64,000 bases of DNA. Source: an uncultured Candidatus Saccharibacteria bacterium. Its GTDB lineage: Bacteria > Patescibacteriota > Saccharimonadia > Saccharimonadales > UBA7683. The position numbers and the translations under genes were made by a program. Each line of letters opens with the position of its first letter. The first letter of the stretch is position 1. Shown here piece by piece: positions 46,926 through 55,759 of this stretch. Location: positions 13,680 to 77,679 of the forward strand of contig CAYRKQ010000002.1 of the NCBI GenBank assembly GCA_964424985.1. Reading direction: 5' to 3'. The notes below the pieces were generated by a model. It ran no database searches, was not told the origin of the DNA, and saw nothing but the letters and a program-made list of their open reading frames with translations.

Positions 46926-49454
46926 ATGATTAAGAAACTTTTTGACTCCTTTCAGCCCAGCAATTACCAACTTTCGCTTGCCATCAATAAAGAGCAGATG
47001 ACATTTAGCGGTTCCGTCACCATTGTCGGCGCACTCACCGCTCCCGCAAACACCCTTGAGCTGCATGCCAAGGAACTAGAAATCACATCCAGCCTTGTAG
47101 ATGGTCGAGTCTCAAAAACCAAGAGCGCTAAGCAAGATGTACTCCAGCTCATTTCCGAGCAGCAACTGAGCAAAGGTGATCATACCGTTGAAATTGTTTT
47201 TTCTGGCAAAATAACTGATCAGATGCACGGCATGTATCCTTGCTACTTTGAGCACGAAGGTAAAAAGAAGATGCTGATTGCTACGCAGTTTGAAAGCCAT
47301 CATGCCCGCGAAGTGTTTCCATGCATTGACGAGCCAGCAGCAAAAGCAACCTTTGATGTCACCCTTGAAACCGCACCCGGAGAGACGGTTCTAGGTAACA
47401 CCCCCGTGAAGAACCGATCCGAGAAAAACAAAACGCAGGTTACGACATTTGAACAAACACCGCGCATGAGCCCCTATCTTTTAGCGTTCGTGACAGGTGA
47501 GATGGTATCAAGAGAATCAAAAACCAAAAGTGGCATTGCCGTGCGTAGCTGGGCATCCGCCGCACAAGCCCCCGAACTGCTGGAGTTTTCCGTTAACGAG
47601 GCAGTGGCCTACATAGATTTTTACGAGGACTATTTTAACGTGCCCTACCCGCTTGCCAAGTGTGACCAAGTGGCCTTACCAGATTTTGAAAGTGGCGCTA
47701 TGGAAAACTGGGGGCTCATTACTTATCGTGAGGCGGTGATGCTGCACAACCCTGAAAATCCCTCACTCTCTACCCAACAGCTGATAGCCATTGTGACCGC
47801 GCACGAACTTGCTCATCAGTGGTTTGGTAATTTGGTAACCATGCAGTGGTGGGATGATTTATGGCTCAATGAAAGCTTTGCCAGCATGATGGAATATATT
47901 GCAGTAGATGCCGTGCACCCCGAGTGGCAAATGTGGGAAGAATACGTTTCCAGCGACGCCGTGATTGCCACCAACCGCGATGTCTATAAAGACGTCCAGC
48001 CCGTTCGCGTTGATGTGGAAGATCCGGGAATGATTCATACCTTGTTTGACCCGGCAATTGTCTATGCCAAGGGCGGCAAGTTACTTAAAACCCTCTACGA
48101 TCTCCTTGGTGACGAGCACTGGCGTACCGGGCTCAAGGCCTACTTTGAAGAACATGCCTATAAAAACACGAGCCGTGATGATCTGTGGAAGGCGCTCAGC
48201 GACACCTCTGGCTACGACGTAGCAGCGCTGATGAACACCTGGCTAGAGCAGCCTGGGCTGCCGGTAGTGCAAGTTGATCAGAAAACAAAAGAGGCTACTG
48301 TATCTCAAGAAAGGCTGTTACTTGATGGCGAAGATATCGAGACCGCATGGATCATTCCACTTGTCGCCAACCAAGAAGTACCGCTACTCGCCGAAAAATC
48401 GGATACCTTCGAGCTGACAGCAGATGAATGGCTACTCTTTAATGAAACCGGTACAGGTCATTTTGTAACAGACTACGCAGCCAGTGAGCATAAAGCATGG
48501 GTGGCCAAAGAGATTGCGAACGTCTCCCGGCCAAGCACCTGGAAGATTGCCAGAATTAATGAACTTATTATGCTCAGTCGGAGCGGCAAGACACAGCTTA
48601 CTGAGGCTCTGGACACCATTTCTCATTGCAGTGAAGAAACTCGAGCAACCGTCTGGTCGCAAATAACGAGCGTCCTCGGCCACGCCAAGCAATTGAGTGA
48701 AGTTGACGAAGAGATTGAGGCTCTTATTAAGAAGTTTGGCTTCAATCTGGTGAAAAAGCATTATAAGCACCTCGGCTGGACCTACGATCCGCACGAAGAC
48801 AGCAACACCACACATCTGCGAAGCACCGCACTCGGTCTGACAATTGGCAGCGAACAGCCTGAGGTAATTCAGCAGGCACTAAACATATTTGATAGTGCAA
48901 AAGACATTGAAGCAATCCATCCTGAAATTCGCAGCAGCATTCTTGGCACTGCCGTTCGTTTTGGTGATGACGAGGAAATTGTTCAGAAATTACTAGACCA
49001 GTATAGGCAGTCGCAAAGTGCGGAACTGAGAAATGATATCTGCGGGGCGCTTACCTCAGCTCGTCGTCCAGAGCAATATGAAGTGCTTATTAAGCTACTC
49101 ACTGATACCGAAACAATTCGTTTGCAAGACACGATCCGTTGGTTTATTTATCTTCTTCGGAACCGTTACAGCCGAGAGGCCACCTGGCAGTGGCTGGAAG
49201 AAAACTGGCAATGGGTGGAAGAGACTTTTGGCGGCAGCAAAAGCTATGACGATTTCGCCCGCTATAGCGCAAATATTTTAAGTACAGATAAGTATCTTGA
49301 AAAATATACAGCCTTCTTCTCACCAAAACTGAGTGACCCGACCCTAAAACGATCCATCACCATTGGTATTAACGAAATTAAAGCCCGCGTTGCCTGGCGA
49401 AAACGAGACGAGCAGGCAATTAAGCAATGGTTTCGTGAAAGAAAGACTGCCTAA
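46926..49454 (+). CDS. pepN: M1-family aminopeptidase N
   Basis: 842 aa with GAMEN and HELAHQWFGNLVT...E(18) zinc-binding motifs. Confidence 0.85.
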   Translation: MIKKLFDSFQPSNYQLSLAINKEQMTFSGSVTIVGALTAPANTLELHAKELEITSSLVDGRVSKTKSAKQDVLQLISEQQLSKGDHTVEIVFSGKITDQMHGMYPCYFEHEGKKKMLIATQFESHHAREVFPCIDEPAAKATFDVTLETAPGETVLGNTPVKNRSEKNKTQVTTFEQTPRMSPYLLAFVTGEMVSRESKTKSGIAVRSWASAAQAPELLEFSVNEAVAYIDFYEDYFNVPYPLAKCDQVALPDFESGAMENWGLITYREAVMLHNPENPSLSTQQLIAIVTAHELAHQWFGNLVTMQWWDDLWLNESFASMMEYIAVDAVHPEWQMWEEYVSSDAVIATNRDVYKDVQPVRVDVEDPGMIHTLFDPAIVYAKGGKLLKTLYDLLGDEHWRTGLKAYFEEHAYKNTSRDDLWKALSDTSGYDVAALMNTWLEQPGLPVVQVDQKTKEATVSQERLLLDGEDIETAWIIPLVANQEVPLLAEKSDTFELTADEWLLFNETGTGHFVTDYAASEHKAWVAKEIANVSRPSTWKIARINELIMLSRSGKTQLTEALDTISHCSEETRATVWSQITSVLGHAKQLSEVDEEIEALIKKFGFNLVKKHYKHLGWTYDPHEDSNTTHLRSTALGLTIGSEQPEVIQQALNIFDSAKDIEAIHPEIRSSILGTAVRFGDDEEIVQKLLDQYRQSQSAELRNDICGALTSARRPEQYEVLIKLLTDTETIRLQDTIRWFIYLLRNRYSREATWQWLEENWQWVEETFGGSKSYDDFARYSANILSTDKYLEKYTAFFSPKLSDPTLKRSITIGINEIKARVAWRKRDEQAIKQWFRERKTA

Positions 49455-49795
49455 GAAAGCTGCGGTAAAAATTCAGTGACCTTAAAATCTGCCGAGACCT
49501 CAACCGCTGATAGCTCATAATCACCCTGATACTTGTGGTCGCTCACCCAACACTTGGCCGCAAAATCCATCTGACTGAGTTTCTTCGGGGTAATGTAGTC
49601 GAGGCCGCCACCTTGGTTGCCCGTGCGACGATACTTCACCTCAACAAAATAGATAACATCTTGTCTCTTGGCCACAATATCAATTTCACACACCCGTGTC
49701 CGCCAGTTGATATCACATATGATATACCCAATACCCTCTAAGTACGTGGCAGCGACCTTTTCGGCATCATGCCCAGACCTGTAGTTAGTTGTCAC
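49451..49795 (-). CDS. yraN: YraN family (UPF0102) endonuclease
   Basis: 114 aa, GHDAEKVAATYLEGIGYIICDINWR...EIDIVAKRQDVIYFVEVKYR. It follows rnhB, as is typical. Confidence 0.75.
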   Translation of the reverse strand: MTTNYRSGHDAEKVAATYLEGIGYIICDINWRTRVCEIDIVAKRQDVIYFVEVKYRRTGNQGGGLDYITPKKLSQMDFAAKCWVSDHKYQGDYELSAVEVSADFKVTEFLPQLS

Positions 49796-50352
49796 AACAA
49801 TGCCTGTATTGGCTTGTAGTTAACGCGGTGAATTGGCAACACACCGTGTAACTTGAGCGCCTCGACGTGCTGTTTGGTTCCGTAGCCAACGTGCGATTCA
49901 AAACCATAGTGACTGTATTTTTTGGCGATCTCTTGCATGTAAGTATCTCGCGCTACTTTTGCAACTATTGAGGCGGCCGACGCTTCAGAAACACTGCCAT
50001 CGGCTCTAATGAGTGCTTTCGTGTTTTTAATATGAGGTAGATAGTTTATATTGCCATCAATGATGATTTCAGTCTCCTCATCATGATCAGGCAACTCGTC
50101 ATAGGCTCGCTGCATAGCAAGCTGCACGGACTTTGTCAGACCAAGGACGTTAATTTCTCGTGGCCATACCCAACCGACGCCAACAAGGGCTTCTGACTGG
50201 CGTATTTCTTTTGTAAGTAGCAGCCGCTTCTTGGGGGTAAGTTTTTTTGAATCAGCAAGCCCTTCTGGAACCGACGCAGGAAAACCCACCGCGGCAGCCA
50301 CCAACGGCCCCGCCCAACACCCTCGCCCCACTTCATCTATGCCAATAATCAT
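49792..50352 (-). CDS. rnhB: Ribonuclease HII
   Basis: 186 aa, MIIGIDEVGRGCWAGPLVAAAV. Confidence 0.9.
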   Translation of the reverse strand: MIIGIDEVGRGCWAGPLVAAAVGFPASVPEGLADSKKLTPKKRLLLTKEIRQSEALVGVGWVWPREINVLGLTKSVQLAMQRAYDELPDHDEETEIIIDGNINYLPHIKNTKALIRADGSVSEASAASIVAKVARDTYMQEIAKKYSHYGFESHVGYGTKQHVEALKLHGVLPIHRVNYKPIQALL

Positions 50353-50678
50353 TTCTCACTCCCGTCATCCCGAACTTGATTCGGGATCCAGTCAAAAAGC
50401 TTTTCAGATAAGTCGTTCCAGTCAGAATTGCTACCTTCAATTAAATCAATCTTCCAGGAACGTCGCCACTCCTCCAGTTGTCGTTCGCGATTGGTAGCTT
50501 GGTCGGCAGATGTGCATTCTTCGTAATAAACGAGTCTATCGACACCGTACTTCTCTGTAAATCCCGCTATTTGTTTATTCTTATGCTGATACAGGCGTTG
50601 TTCTAAGTTGCTTGTCATACCTATATACAATGTACCATTTTTCTTACTAGCTAGGATATAAACATAGAACGTCTTCAT
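50349..50678 (-). CDS. GIY-YIG nuclease family protein
   Basis: FYVYILASKKNGTLYIGMTSNLEQRLYQH...VYYEE, the GIY-YIG motifs. The start is taken at the internal MKTFYVYIL. The 5' extension of the ORF track covers the right inverted repeat. Confidence 0.7.
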   Translation of the reverse strand: MKTFYVYILASKKNGTLYIGMTSNLEQRLYQHKNKQIAGFTEKYGVDRLVYYEECTSADQATNRERQLEEWRRSWKIDLIEGSNSDWNDLSEKLFDWIPNQVRDDGSEK

Positions 50679-50720
50679 AAAGACATTATATACTGGATCC
50701 CGAATCAAGTTCGGGATGAC
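50364..50720 (-). mobile_element. GIY-YIG cassette bounded by perfect 26 bp terminal inverted repeats
   Basis: 50364..50389 reads gtcatcccgaacttgattcgggatcc. It is the exact reverse complement of 50695..50720, ggatcccgaatcaagttcgggatgac. Each copy is also an internal palindrome. Confidence 0.55.
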
Positions 50721-50729
50721 ACGAGATTA

Positions 50730-51254
50730 TTATTTAGCTTCGACTTCTTTGTGGGCTTCTTCAACCGCTTTGGCTTTGGCCTCAAGCTTTGCTTCTTCTT
50801 CGGCCTTCTTGGCAGCTTCAACTTCATGTTGTTTTTCAGCCTCTTCATGAAGTTTGGCTTCTTCAGCCTCAGCTTTGGCGTCGTGGACGTCATTGATAGA
50901 TTTGTCGAATTCAACACCGGCCAGACGAGCGCTTTTACCGCTACGGGCTCGCATGTATGAAAGATAGTTGCGGCGTACCTTGCTTCGTTTGACCACTTCT
51001 ACTTTGGTGACCGTTGGGCTATGGAGCAGGAAACTTTTTTCAACGCCCACGCCACTGGCAATTCTACGAACGGTGATGGTGCTGGTGAGGCTATCTTTTC
51101 TATCGGTGCGAATAACAAGGCCTTCAAAGATCTGAATACGTTCTTTGTTGCCTTCTTTAATCTTCTGGTGAACTTTCACAGTGTCGCCACTACGAACGTC
51201 TACCACTTGAGATTTGCGGAATTTGTTTTCAATTTCTCTAATGACTGCATGCAT
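50730..51254 (-). CDS. rplS: 50S ribosomal protein L19 with a C-terminal extension of about 55 aa rich in K, A and E
   Basis: An N-terminal 115 aa L19 (VVDVRSGDTVKVHQKIKEGNKERIQIFEGLVI) is followed by KAEAEEAKLHEEAEKQHE... repeats. Confidence 0.85.
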   Translation of the reverse strand: MHAVIREIENKFRKSQVVDVRSGDTVKVHQKIKEGNKERIQIFEGLVIRTDRKDSLTSTITVRRIASGVGVEKSFLLHSPTVTKVEVVKRSKVRRNYLSYMRARSGKSARLAGVEFDKSINDVHDAKAEAEEAKLHEEAEKQHEVEAAKKAEEEAKLEAKAKAVEEAHKEVEAK

Positions 51255-51632
51255 AACTGAACCACTCTACCTTATTTTCACTAATTTTGCAATTACTAAA
51301 TAGTCTATCACATCTGTTCGGTGCTGCCAAGTGTCTAGTTTCGTATTCTACCGGTTGCAAGGTCGATAACCGCGCCAGCTGGAAGCGCCGTACGTGGAAC
51401 ACCTTCAGATGGAGTGTGACTTGGAGTGGTGTCAGGGTTATTAGCTTGGTCAATTCCTGGATAAGGATGGTCTATGTATCTTAATGGGATGCTGCTCAGA
51501 TCAGGTTCAGTCTCGGCTTGTTGACCTGACCCCGCCGCAAAGGCTGCTTCAGCTCCTGGAGAGAATTCTATAAATGACATATTATTTACGTGATCCTTTA
51601 CCTTGTTAATGCTCGTGAGTTAGTATAATTGG

Positions 51633-52763
51633 ATGGATATAAAACAGCAAGCATTAGACAAACACAAAGAACTCCGCGGGAAAATTGAGATTACGCTCAA
51701 AGACCATTTAGATCAGCCTGACAAACTGGCTATGTACTACACACCTGGCGTGGGAGCTGTCAGTTCTTACGTAGCCGAACATCCAAAACAAGCCCGAGAA
51801 TACACCTGGCTCAACAACACTGTAGCCGTTATTTCAGACGGCTCTGCCGTTTTGGGTCTTGGCAACATTGGGCCACTTGGAGCATTGCCTGTCATGGAAG
51901 GCAAGGCCATGTTGTTTAAGCAGTTTGCGGGGATAGACTCTATTCCCATTGTGCTTGACGTTCATAGTGCAGACGAAATCGTGGCGGCCGTAAAGGCAAT
52001 TGCACCGAGTTTTGGCGCCATTAACCTCGAGGATATTGCCGCGCCAATTTGCTTTGAGGTGGAAGAACGCTTGAAGAAGGAGCTTTCCATTCCGGTGATG
52101 CACGACGACCAGCATGGCACAGCAGTAGTGGTGCTTGCAGGACTAATCAATGCCATGAAGGTAGTTGGCAAAGATTTATCTGATTGCCGAATTGTTTTAG
52201 TCGGTGCCGGAGCAGCTGGCGTGGCCATTGCCAAGCTTCTGTACAAATATGCTAAGCCACAGATTGTTGTTGTCGATAGCAAGGGTATTATTGAACCCTC
52301 TCGTGATAATTTGAATACCGAAAAGAAAATGTTACTAGAGTTTTCTGACAATACCCAGCCCGGGAGCCTGGCTGATGCTGTGAAAGATGCCGACATCTTC
52401 ATTGGCGTCTCGCAACCTGGTCTGTTAACCGCCGAAATGGTAAAAACTATGGCCAAAGACCCGGTGGTATTCGCCCTTTCTAACCCAACGCCAGAAATTA
52501 TGCCTGATGAGGCTAAAAAAGCTGGGGTAGCCGTGATGGCTACAGGCCGAAGTGACTTCCCCAACCAAGTAAACAACGCTCTCGCCTTCCCCGGTATTTT
52601 CCGCGGCGCCCTCGACAATCAAGTCAAAGAAATTACCGACGAGCATAAAATCAAAGCCGCCGAAACAATCGCCGCATTTGTCGAAAACCCCACGCCAGAA
52701 GAAATCATCCCTTCAATATTTACCGATAAACTTTCTAATGAAATTGCAAGAACTATTGTTTAA
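51633..52763 (+). CDS. NAD(P)-dependent malic enzyme, short form
   Basis: 376 aa, YTPGVGAVSSYVA...VISDGSAVLGLGNIGPLGALPVMEGKAMLFKQFAGID, and an NAD-binding GAGAAG. Confidence 0.85.
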   Translation: MDIKQQALDKHKELRGKIEITLKDHLDQPDKLAMYYTPGVGAVSSYVAEHPKQAREYTWLNNTVAVISDGSAVLGLGNIGPLGALPVMEGKAMLFKQFAGIDSIPIVLDVHSADEIVAAVKAIAPSFGAINLEDIAAPICFEVEERLKKELSIPVMHDDQHGTAVVVLAGLINAMKVVGKDLSDCRIVLVGAGAAGVAIAKLLYKYAKPQIVVVDSKGIIEPSRDNLNTEKKMLLEFSDNTQPGSLADAVKDADIFIGVSQPGLLTAEMVKTMAKDPVVFALSNPTPEIMPDEAKKAGVAVMATGRSDFPNQVNNALAFPGIFRGALDNQVKEITDEHKIKAAETIAAFVENPTPEEIIPSIFTDKLSNEIARTIV

Positions 52764-53415
52764 CAACTGCGTGATCTAAAGACATAAGATCACGAGTATC
52801 ACCCAGATCAGTAATATCTTGTTTTGAAGCTGCCGAATGGACCTTAGCTTTCTTGTTTAGACGAGGTATGTCCTGTCTTAAAAGCAAGATGTCACCCCTA
52901 CCATATGTTGAGCGTGCCTCTGTAAAAAAGCCATCTGCACCGGTTGTACTCAAGGTCTTTCGACTAACTTTCCCATTTGTATATTCGTATGGGGTAACAT
53001 CAAAGTATGAATCACCATGAAGACTGACATCACCCAGATGATTTTTTGGAATAAGTGCCGTGACACCTTCGCTTACAAAAGTATTATCAACGTGGGGCGG
53101 AAGTGTAAGCCCAAATTCGAACTGCAAAATAGATAGTAGATTGAACCTTGGCAAGCCAAACTCGTCCATTGCTTCGTCAAGCTCCGCAAGTATATCTATT
53201 TCAGCCGCTGCTCTCTTTATTTTCGCTGTATTTTCGGGGCATACAACAGTGAGATCACTTCCGTAGATATCGACATCATGCTTTCTAACGGATGTGGCAA
53301 ATTCTCGCGGGTCTATGCAACTACGAAGCAAAACACCCCCACGTTCAAGTGTCATTTCTATAGCCTCGCTTGCGGTTTGGGCATCACAGATTTCAGGAAC
53401 ATCAACAAGTATCAT
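52753..53415 (-). CDS. Hypothetical 220 aa protein downstream of the pilus ATPase
   Basis: ORF with no recognisable family. Confidence 0.4.
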   Translation of the reverse strand: MILVDVPEICDAQTASEAIEMTLERGGVLLRSCIDPREFATSVRKHDVDIYGSDLTVVCPENTAKIKRAAAEIDILAELDEAMDEFGLPRFNLLSILQFEFGLTLPPHVDNTFVSEGVTALIPKNHLGDVSLHGDSYFDVTPYEYTNGKVSRKTLSTTGADGFFTEARSTYGRGDILLLRQDIPRLNKKAKVHSAASKQDITDLGDTRDLMSLDHAVVKQ

Positions 53416-53450
53416 TATCCTATTATAACACTATGAGTTATTATTGTCCA

Positions 53451-55067
53451 CTAGATAACACGGGTGACTTCTTCAATTGTCGTGATGCCTTGTAGGCATT
53501 TGAGGAGGCCGTCTTGGTACATGGTGAGCATGCCTTGCTGCCTGGCCTGCAACTCAATTTCGGGAGCTGAGGGGATTTTGAAAGGGTCTTTTAAGAGGGC
53601 TTGGACTTCTGGCGTGAGAACAAGTTGTTCAAGAACAGTCACACGGCCTTTATAGCCGAAGGGATTTTCTTCTGATTTTCCTGGTTTGTAGAGCGTTATT
53701 TTTGAAAGATCTGGCTTTTGAATGGTTGGCGGTAGATCTCGGAGGGCATCTTCAATATGCTTTTTAACCGCTTCATCCGGCTCATAAGGCTGCTTGGTTG
53801 CATCATCTAGCCGGCGAACAAGACGCTGGCTTATGATGAGCTTAATGGCGGAAATGAGAATTGGGTTTTGGCCAATCATGTCTATCATGCGCGTAAAGGC
53901 CTCAGCTGCCGAACCGGCGTGAAAGGTGGAAAGCACCAAGTGGCCGGTAATCGAGGCCTGCAGGGCGGTTCGAGCGGTGTCAACGTCTCTAATTTCACCT
54001 ACCATCACTACATCAGGGTCTAAACGGAGCACGGCGCGGAGCTTGTTGGCGAAACTATCGCCTTCGCGGGTGTAGACTGGAATTTGGCTCATGCCGTCCA
54101 GCGCGTATTCAACCGGATCTTCCAGAGTAATAATTTTGCGGCTGGCAGTGTTGAGCTTTTGCAAAATTGAATAGAGAGTGGTGGTTTTACCCGAACCAGT
54201 TGGGCCAACCATCAACACCATGCCGTGCGGATGAGAAATAACTTCATCAATCGGTCTTCGCTCCCGCTCGCTTAACCCAAGGTTGTCGAGGTTCAGTAGC
54301 TCGGTATCCATATTAAAGAGCCGCACCACCGCATCTTGCCCATACATAGCGGGCACGGTTTCAATACGCATGTTAAGGGTGAGCGGCGAGCCGTCAGCTC
54401 TGACGACTTCTTGGGTCAAGTGACCTGTCTGCGCATCGCCCGAGGAGGTAGAAATATTAGCTTTTACGGCAATGGATTGCTGCAACTGCCGATATTTTTG
54501 ATGGGTCACCACGGCAATTAAGTGCAGTGCCCCGTCAATACGAAAACGAATGCGTACGCCCCGCTTGGCAGATTCAAAGTGAATATCGGAAGCACCCAGC
54601 TTTTCAGCCTGCGTAATAACGTATTCTAAAATGTCATCTGAGCGAACCTCTTCCAAAGTTTGCGAAACCTGGGCTACGTTATCACTCGCCCCTTCTGACC
54701 GTACGCTGATGTCATCATAATGAACTTCTTTTGGCGGATCAAAGCGATGCATAAAATCTTTGAAGCCGCTGTTGCTAATCATGAGAAAGTCTATGTTTTT
54801 GTCCTCAAATCTCTCGCGCAATTCGCGCAGGGTTTGTTGCGGCGTACCAATGGTAATGCCGAACGTGTAGGCTGAGCCCTTGTCGTACAGCGGCACCAGC
54901 TTCTTTTCATACATTTCTGGCACGCCCAAGAGGTTTTGAGCTAATGGGATGTCAAGAATGGTTCGGCTATCAACGTAGTCAATTTTAAGAAGTCCCGCCC
55001 GTTGCTGGGTACTTTCTTCTTCACTCTGGCGAAACTTTTCTTGATCTTGCGGGTTATTAAAAGCCAT
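53451..55067 (-). CDS. pilB: Type IV pilus assembly ATPase PilB / GspE family
   Basis: 538 aa with Walker A GPTGSGKTTT, Asp box, His box, and the GspE N-terminal region. Confidence 0.8.
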   Translation of the reverse strand: MAFNNPQDQEKFRQSEEESTQQRAGLLKIDYVDSRTILDIPLAQNLLGVPEMYEKKLVPLYDKGSAYTFGITIGTPQQTLRELRERFEDKNIDFLMISNSGFKDFMHRFDPPKEVHYDDISVRSEGASDNVAQVSQTLEEVRSDDILEYVITQAEKLGASDIHFESAKRGVRIRFRIDGALHLIAVVTHQKYRQLQQSIAVKANISTSSGDAQTGHLTQEVVRADGSPLTLNMRIETVPAMYGQDAVVRLFNMDTELLNLDNLGLSERERRPIDEVISHPHGMVLMVGPTGSGKTTTLYSILQKLNTASRKIITLEDPVEYALDGMSQIPVYTREGDSFANKLRAVLRLDPDVVMVGEIRDVDTARTALQASITGHLVLSTFHAGSAAEAFTRMIDMIGQNPILISAIKLIISQRLVRRLDDATKQPYEPDEAVKKHIEDALRDLPPTIQKPDLSKITLYKPGKSEENPFGYKGRVTVLEQLVLTPEVQALLKDPFKIPSAPEIELQARQQGMLTMYQDGLLKCLQGITTIEEVTRVI

Positions 55068-55246
55068 ATAGACATTTTACTTTAAAAACCTTATGTTTAA
55101 CAGTAAAATGCAAATCCCAAAAAACAAACAACAAGCGCCAAACGATTAAACCGCTTTATGGTTTGTTGATTTGAATTTTGATAATTATTTGTTATTTGAT
55201 GCTTGAGATTTGTTATTTGCACCCACCCTATTGCATTATAGATACC

Positions 55247-55759
55247 ATGCATATAACTTTAGTGGCTCATGATATTCGTAGTACGCATAATGTCGGTGCG
55301 TTTTTTCGCACCTGTGATGGCCTCGGCGTTGAAAAGATTATTTTTAGTGGTTACACACCTTACCCAACATTTGAAGGCGATAGTCGGCTTCCGCACTTTG
55401 CTGATAAAATCACCCGTCAGATTCATAAAACCGCCCTGGGAGCTGAATCAACTGTTGAGTTTGAAAGACTTGAAACACTGGAAGAGGTTATTAAAAAACT
55501 ACGCAGTGAAAAGGTTGTTTTGGTTGCACTGGAACAATCAAAAGATAGTGTGACGCCAGAAAAGTGTGTTAAAAAAATACAAAAAAATCACCCCGAGCAA
55601 CCCGTAGCGTTGATTCTCGGCAATGAAATTCACGGCGTTAAGCCGGAAATTCTGAAACAAATGGATCTTATTATGGAAATTCCCATGCACGGACAAAAAG
55701 AATCTTTCAACGTCTCCGTGGCTACCGGCATCGCCCTTTTTGCACTTACGAACTTTTAA
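55247..55759 (+). CDS. SpoU/TrmH family RNA 2'-O-methyltransferase
   Basis: HITLVAHDIRSTHNVGAFFRTCDGLG...ALILGNEIHGV...ESFNVSVATGIALF. The start is taken at an internal Met. Confidence 0.7.
   Translation: MHITLVAHDIRSTHNVGAFFRTCDGLGVEKIIFSGYTPYPTFEGDSRLPHFADKITRQIHKTALGAESTVEFERLETLEEVIKKLRSEKVVLVALEQSKDSVTPEKCVKKIQKNHPEQPVALILGNEIHGVKPEILKQMDLIMEIPMHGQKESFNVSVATGIALFALTNF

Noticed and set aside
51335-51580. 81 aa Pro-rich ORF between rplS and the malic enzyme gene
   Set aside because: Low-complexity composition with no clear Shine-Dalgarno or promoter. It is possibly real but unsupported, so it is not listed as a feature.
51962-52618. 218 aa ORF on the minus strand
   Set aside because: Antisense to the malic enzyme gene. 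Ala/Ser-rich shadow ORF.
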